Of a DNA stretch of 64,000 nucleotides, positions 63,782-64,000 are shown one piece after another. The notes under the pieces are model-generated. The model searched no databases, had not been told where the DNA came from, and saw only the letters and a list, made by a program, of their open reading frames with translations. The position numbers were made by a program, and so were the translations under genes. The DNA comes from Patescibacteria group bacterium (lineage in GTDB: Bacteria; Patescibacteriota; JABMPQ01; JAQVVF01). The stretch spans positions 193,511 to 257,510 of the forward strand of contig JBAZSC010000001.1 of assembly GCA_041662665.1 (NCBI GenBank), given 5' to 3'. Position 1 is the first letter of the stretch; the number at the start of each line of letters is the position of its first letter.

Positions 63782-64000
63782 ATGTCATTTTTTTCCAAAA
63801 AATATTTCGGCATTGATATTTATGATAATTCAATAAAAATAATGGAATTATCAGGAAATTCTATCTCAGCAAATTTAGCAACTTACAGTAGTCTTGATTT
63901 ACAGCCAGACATTGTAAAAAATGGCCAAGTTATAAATCAAAATTTATTAACGCAAGCAATTAAGCAAGCTCTTTCAAATGCAAAACCAAAAAAAATTTCG
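63782..64000 (+). CDS. pilM: Type IV pilus assembly protein PilM, truncated by window end
   Basis: Not in the ORF track; MSFFSKKYFGIDIYDNSIKIMEL...IVKNGQV. Confidence 0.8.
   Translation, partial: MSFFSKKYFGIDIYDNSIKIMELSGNSISANLATYSSLDLQPDIVKNGQVINQNLLTQAIKQALSNAKPKKIS

Noticed and set aside
1-64000. Alternative genetic code (TGA recoded)
   Set aside because: Conserved genes are full length under code 11, and TGA ends genes such as pilD and the 44446 protein.

Overview
Low-GC bacterial chromosome segment using the standard genetic code (TGA terminates several clear genes). The gene content looks like a Patescibacteria/CPR-type organism (inference): type IV pilus/competence genes (pilT, pilins, pilD, pilB, pilC, minor pilins, pilM, comF), murT-gatD, clpC, recX, ligA, gatCA, htrA, a four-subunit pyruvate:ferredoxin oxidoreductase operon, a gadC-gadB acid-resistance pair, a sensor/kinase block and two tRNAs (Arg-GCG, Ser-GCT). 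The most striking feature is non-coding. About 30 loci, mostly junctions between co-transcribed genes, carry arms of degenerate 7-11 bp tandem repeats, often as mirrored palindromes. The same repeat families occur as empty palindromes, as solo arms, and as filled elements whose arms bracket a four-helix-bundle (IVS/Avd-like) gene (3 cases) or a GxxExxY nuclease-like gene (1 case). Each cargo gene pairs with its own repeat family. This looks like a family of transposase-less mobile or RNA-level intervening elements. Other notable items: tandem paralogues with DGR-target-like C-termini separated by a duplicated ligA start, a surface-protein gene flanked by a 39-bp direct repeat and starting inside an 11-bp tandem repeat, kinase-less sensors sharing a C-terminal RELKMIELK coil, and a discoidin-glutamine amidotransferase fusion beside gadCB. 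All calls come from reading the sequence and recalling family motifs; no database searches were run.
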